Shown here: positions 61,601 to 64,000 of the stretch, one piece after another | Layout of the letters: every line of letters begins with the position of its first letter | How positions within the stretch are numbered: position 1 is the first letter of the stretch | From: Trypanosoma brucei | Taxonomy: Eukaryota | Assembly: GCA_000002445.1 (NCBI GenBank) | Contig: CP000067.1 | Coordinates: forward strand, 96,001-160,000 | Direction: 5' to 3' | DNA: 64,000 nt | Program-made: the position numbers and the translations under genes | Notes under the pieces: model-generated | Told to the model about the DNA's origin: nothing | What the model saw: only the letters and a program-made list of their open reading frames with translations | Databases searched by the model: none

Positions 61601-64000
61601 TGACAGTCGACAGTTGCAACCATTGGGTCGCGGTATAGATCCTCCACAGAGAGGTCAGTGCAGGGTTCCACATCAAAAGTCCTATAGCAGTTGCTGGACT
61701 CATCGTAGTAAACATCTAGAGGATTCTTTGGATCAGGGAGTCGCTCCGACATCATGCTATGTATTTCCTTAGCATAATCCTTTCTGTACTCCTCCGTGAG
61801 ATATGAGCCCAAGCCATACACAAGGGCCAGAGCAAACTGTGCTTTACCAGTGCACCCCTGAAGTTGACTGAGTCCCGACGCAACCAAGCCAGTACGAGTG
61901 GTGTCAACAATTAACTTACCGGTGGCCAACAGAGCGTCAATCGCCTTGTAGAAGTAGTCATTAATCCATCTCTCCAACTTATCACGGACATCTTCGGGTT
62001 GCTCCACCAACCACGAGGTGACCATCATCTTGGGATCCACATCCTCCTCCGAAAGGTAAATAATACCCGTGCGTGAGACGGTTGCAGGTGACGCGAATTC
62101 CAGACTGTGCGTTTCAAATATGAAGTTTACGTTGTCTCCAAACTGAATACGCACACCATTCGGCATGGTAAGCAGTTTGTTGTCGTCCAACACTGAGTTT
62201 AGAGACTCCACCCACTCGGGGTCAATATCACCGTCGCAGACAATCCACGACAGTACGGAGGTTTCCTCCTTCACAACTTTACGAGCCGCCTCTGTAAGGA
62301 CACCATCGAACCACTCGCGAGTGTCGTTGTCCATGTAACCAAGCAACTGCGTACGCGGCAAGGCCTTAGGATTCATTATATACTGCGGAATAACCTTACC
62401 AAGTCGTTGCAGGGCGCGGCGAAGAATAAGAAGAAGCGTACTCTTTCCACTACCTCCAGGACCAACCAATACAACACCCATACGCTGTCTGAGGGCCTCG
62501 TACAGTTGAAGAACTTTCTGTATTTGTGCCTCCACAAGCTGCAACTTCAGTTCCTTAACAGATTCTTCAATAGCGGGACGTAGCTCAGCATAGTCAATCT
62601 CCTTTATCGGAGCGCCGGGGAATATGTCAGCGATAAGGTTGTTGTACAGCAGGGCATCATCGAAGGTAAGTTTGGAAAGTGTGTTGACACGTAATGATTT
62701 GATAATAATCTCACTTTCTTTTTCGAATATTTCCTCGGGACTGGGGTTGACTTTTCCACATGCACGTTCTGTAAGGTACTCATGAATTAACGTCCCACCC
62801 AGCCGCAGCACGGCCTTCATGGAACGCAGACCCCAATCGTAATGTGTTTGGAATGACAAGAGGTCTCTCGAGAGCTTAAAAACTTCTACCGTTTTCCGTG
62901 CCAAATCCACCGCATTTTCGAACCCCTCACTAAAGAGAATGGTACGTGTAATGAGTTCGTTATCTGGCACACTCATTGCGACTGAACGGAAGAGTTGCTT
63001 CAAGTTGTCGGGCAGTTTGCTACGGCCACCGTACCGCTTACCCGCAGGGTTTAACGTAACAAAAATACCGGCGTTTGAATCCACGTTGATTTCCTTCCCC
63101 ATGAGATGGCAACGAGGCTCACCATTCTTTATTGCTTCTTGAATCACTTGAATCATCTGCGACACTGCCGACAGTTGATCTACCTTAAGACGGTTAAACT
63201 CATCGAAACAACCCCATGCCCCACACTTGACAAGCCCAGTAAAGATACGACCCATGGATTTGAAGTCAATACCCTCATCACAGTTAAACACAAGCACCTG
63301 ACGACCCATCGCATTACCGAGTGCTTTAACAGACTCAGTTTTTCCTGTGCCCGCAGGTCCATATGGGTTACCACCGTAACCGAGTTGCATACCTTGCGTA
63401 AGCGTCAAATAGCAGCGGTCCGTCAGGGGCGTGTGCACAAGCTTGGGTGCATTACCCTGATACTCGTAACTGTACCGAAACTCCGCACCGACCATCCGGA
63501 GTACACAAGAATCACTGTAATCCATGTAAAAGCGGAGTTGCTTTCGCCACAACCAATCTGTATCCTTCTCAATACCAGCATCAATCAGGGCATCAACAAC
63601 TTCAATATTGTGAATAAGGTCCATAATGAGTGCTTTTACCTTCAGACCAATTACAACGTCACTGTTCCCACCAGCATACGTCGTCAATTCGCGTAGTTGT
63701 GCTTGAAGATTTGCCCTGTGTTTCTTTAACCCACCACTCTTAGCGTCCCGTATAGCATCTTCAGTCTGCTTGGTGAACGTGATCAAACCAGCCGTAGAGA
63801 GAATTTGAGACGAGTATGCGCCAATGTTTACCTTGTCAACACAACGTACTAAGTGTAATTTGAGTGTGTCCTTTACTGCAAGGTCTAACCTCCCCAACCA
63901 TTCTTCTACTTCCTCCGTGATCAAAACAGACTCTTCAATGGGCACCACCTCACCTTCAAGGGAATTGATTTGCAGGATGTGCTCCTTTGCATCGTCAAAC
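55603..64000 (-). CDS. DHC2: Dynein heavy chain, cytoplasmic dynein 2 (IFT dynein)-like; C-terminal ~2780 codons (AAA1-AAA6, stalk, C-terminal domain) within window, N-terminal tail beyond window end.
   Basis: The M at 63948 is internal, and the frame stays open to the window edge. AAA1 GPAGTGKTESVKALGNAMGRQVLVFNCDEGIDFKSMGRIFTGLVKCGAWGCFDEFNRL fits DYNC2H1 (..VLVFNCDEGID.KSMGRIF.GLVKCGAWGCFDEFNRL) better than cytoplasmic dynein 1. Further P-loops: VGPGGSGKST, VGPEGCGKKM, VGRSGVCAAG. Possibly the DHC2.1 paralogue if this is T. brucei chromosome 4; that rests on memory of the locus. Confidence 0.9.
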   Translation of the reverse strand, partial: FDDAKEHILQINSLEGEVVPIEESVLITEEVEEWLGRLDLAVKDTLKLHLVRCVDKVNIGAYSSQILSTAGLITFTKQTEDAIRDAKSGGLKKHRANLQAQLRELTTYAGGNSDVVIGLKVKALIMDLIHNIEVVDALIDAGIEKDTDWLWRKQLRFYMDYSDSCVLRMVGAEFRYSYEYQGNAPKLVHTPLTDRCYLTLTQGMQLGYGGNPYGPAGTGKTESVKALGNAMGRQVLVFNCDEGIDFKSMGRIFTGLVKCGAWGCFDEFNRLKVDQLSAVSQMIQVIQEAIKNGEPRCHLMGKEINVDSNAGIFVTLNPAGKRYGGRSKLPDNLKQLFRSVAMSVPDNELITRTILFSEGFENAVDLARKTVEVFKLSRDLLSFQTHYDWGLRSMKAVLRLGGTLIHEYLTERACGKVNPSPEEIFEKESEIIIKSLRVNTLSKLTFDDALLYNNLIADIFPGAPIKEIDYAELRPAIEESVKELKLQLVEAQIQKVLQLYEALRQRMGVVLVGPGGSGKSTLLLILRRALQRLGKVIPQYIMNPKALPRTQLLGYMDNDTREWFDGVLTEAARKVVKEETSVLSWIVCDGDIDPEWVESLNSVLDDNKLLTMPNGVRIQFGDNVNFIFETHSLEFASPATVSRTGIIYLSEEDVDPKMMVTSWLVEQPEDVRDKLERWINDYFYKAIDALLATGKLIVDTTRTGLVASGLSQLQGCTGKAQFALALVYGLGSYLTEEYRKDYAKEIHSMMSERLPDPKNPLDVYYDESSNCYRTFDVEPCTDLSVEDLYRDPMVATVDCQRNVKILQAWMKPVRPGIYRPFILVGPEGCGKKMLLTNLFGKTPGTRVTAVNCSAQTEATHVIQKLKQMCQVYNTNQGRVLRPKEVERLVLLLKDMNLPKPDKYGTVQLHSLLQQIVLYNGFYDTDLEWISLERVQIVGSMNPPGSMGRHPVAPRFLAMVSVLAMSYPSREAMQNIYTEFFNIMIQSGRLQLNLPGKGAVDIARIMTTVYEAVASRYTVNVASHYMFNPRDVTSWVLNLLNYNPEDVTNAIGYEGRRIFVDRLVTTEERSKISKVIHDNLIFLVGHKSGLSEKETTSFVSWMDTSPIGKKKLTPIANEELKKPAEDFVLGYSREFADLDVQLIPEVCVWMARVDRVLSQERGNLLLVGRSGVCAAGIVRLAAYGLRMELVTLGITREYSMKQFNAELKTIMMKAGVEGQHVVLLLEDHNFTVNSSFLETINSLLASGEVPGLFAQEELDAMTAPLKEDALGEGMSAYAYFVDRIARMLHVCVVMDPTNPNYEPQCRSNPALFTRCNVYWVGTWHTDSFKLIPRLLMRDVFKSIDSRDNKKDFSLTTEIVHVHKEYINTFSPQHFKGLCLTYESIFKEKSRMISEGITRLQTGVSKLDEAQENVDQIATDVVEKRKLMEVKQKEADDALQEIKTNMEAASDQKKNIQKIRKDLEKEQKAIEERKSVIEERLSGIQPTLDAALSAVRSIRSEHLSELKSLKQPPPAVQDVMEAVIITIGGGGGGDTNWASIRKILAGDIKEQIINFNIAGFTEATRLRVTQFMQNHENSFKREVIGRASKAAAPMAEWIKAVLEYSSVLQTMGPMQAELKEYEVSLASRSEKKRKYEEKLTKLEERVEGLKRNFGERTAEAERLKDHAEQAERLYACAHDLLAKLTSEHDRWVSQIKVIRENQVLLPKRCLLAAAFILYLGNATEDGRRTALNVWKERLKDVDNFEFFTFMRPESMQLHYKSEGLPGDELSMDNAVIIQEQVTTPLIIDSSGQALSWLVNHLKGKGLSVEVCSVSEERFVSSLELALRFGKSFILTDVDGIEAFMYPLFRKELRTEGTKRVIQFGDRRTVDYADGFQLYLVTNSTDLWIPPDVLSYLTPVNFSITQNGLEGQFLGATIQHEQPELEKEKLAVLQKEERLKMQLSDLEESLLKDLAESKGSLLDNKTLIDSLNEIKTQAAEISVALETSKKVQEEIDTKRNVYRPFAKTASEIFFIVKSLKALSHMYQFSFSFFMGIFNDTLHHHAEDRTDIDTKIDALTKTFVRSVVSSVCTSLFKEHRTVFGIHLARSLYPNDCTAAEWDFFLDRAIAPEAKKSEVRVPTWVLPDSRDLYRSFAVLFEDLTPKLSLHEADVWLQWMRSSNPEVSYPKFISQLSRFQRLLVVKTLRPDRLMAAVRSTACDMLHVKSYGDNNTLAQLLTRTEANTPILLITTTGADPSQELQAIAHQKVGRDHFHQLAMGGGQAEEAVRLLRACAESGDWLFLKNLHLVIPWVTALQKELNVLKPDSKFRLFLTSEAHDDFPSIFLSQCLKITFEAPPGVQQNLLHTYQDWESGPYDAKGTLHTQLLFITASFHAILQERRSYIPQGWTKAYEMTSADLKSASDIVLQQAKGETDWRAIRGLMEDAIYGSRLENEYDMRVLREYTDQFFNPNVLSSAKQQMNLFAKVKVPASGKHGDCLKVISELPENDIPFVFSLPPNADRVVQLSKVRALTDDLQLLIEARGESSMSREQWANKLRPILQVWEELMRPNPDLLQQTVSIARDASPILGFMGAEMTSSLRLVSIVDESMKDLGKVLEGQALLREDRRAEASTMIAGEVPAQWDNYYQGSPRILPWLQSLLHRATSIAKLFELATNGNLLKSSLNISTMFRPHTFLHALRQETAHSLHEPLVALRLVTSISTPPEGKTVPVCLEGLMLQGAVLDESNVLQSIEAADEAALFPMPKTYVGWMTTMPDSVTTVGVPLYTNGTKEMFLAELHLPCASELAAKAFILAGVALVLEP

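Noticed and set aside
63946-63948. Apparent start codon (M) of the dynein ORF at 63948
   Set aside because: It is an internal methionine. The motor domain begins mid-protein, and dynein heavy chains are over 4000 aa with the tail N-terminal (at higher coordinates, outside the window).
1-64000. Prokaryotic-style features (CRISPR arrays, operons with RBS, defence islands, IS elements)
   Set aside because: The composition, the unidirectional gene array with pyrimidine-tract spacers, and the gene content (TOR, COPI, dynein, proteasome) are unambiguously kinetoplastid. There are no direct-repeat/spacer arrays or terminal inverted repeats, and no transposase or reverse-transcriptase ORFs (ingi/RIME/SLACS-like).

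Overview
The window looks like a core housekeeping region of a kinetoplastid nuclear chromosome, most consistent with a Trypanosoma brucei-group genome (about 47-49% GC). I call 26 protein-coding genes and every one is on the minus strand, so the whole 64 kb is one unidirectional polycistronic transcription unit with no strand switch. Intergenic gaps of 0.3-1.5 kb are purine-rich on the plus strand, which is polypyrimidine on the transcribed strand, as expected for trans-splicing signals upstream of each ATG. I found no rRNA or tRNA genes, no convincing cis-introns, no mobile elements, and no CRISPR or operon-type features. Prokaryotic gene-finding assumptions do not apply here. The supplied ORF track demonstrably starts several ORFs at TTG or GTG, so I re-derived ATG starts by hand.

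Recognisable products, in order along the transcribed (minus) strand, are: a C-terminally truncated cytoplasmic-dynein-2-like heavy chain that runs off the window end; a ZCCHC10-like zinc-knuckle protein; a FAM20/Golgi-kinase-like type II membrane protein; a Pol32-like PIP-box protein; a LYR-like protein; a Roadblock/LC7-fold mini-protein; an FHA plus tandem-BRCT protein; a DCN1/PONY protein; GAR1; an AlkB-family dioxygenase; coatomer alpha; a small single-TM protein; proteasome beta-7; a TOR kinase with FRB, kinase and FATC domains, adjacent to CAF40/NOT9; an RRM protein; a small multi-TM protein; a WD40 protein; a Myb/SANT protein; acireductone dioxygenase with an E/R-rich N-terminal extension; two hypothetical proteins; a START-domain protein; an SLC35F-like transporter; and a very large partial ORF (at least 1574 codons) running off the window start.

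The CAF40-TOR-...-alpha-COP-...-dynein-2 order matches my recollection of T. brucei chromosome 4 (CAF40 next to TOR2, alpha-COP and DHC2.1 nearby). That is memory, not a search result. I see no evidence of a novel multi-gene system. The most interesting items are individual genes: the FAM20-like secretory-pathway kinase homologue, the FHA-BRCT2 protein, the Roadblock-fold mini-protein, the extended ARD, and the Pol32-like double PIP box. There are also several annotation-quality issues around start codons, small ORFs, and a partial ORF the track misses.
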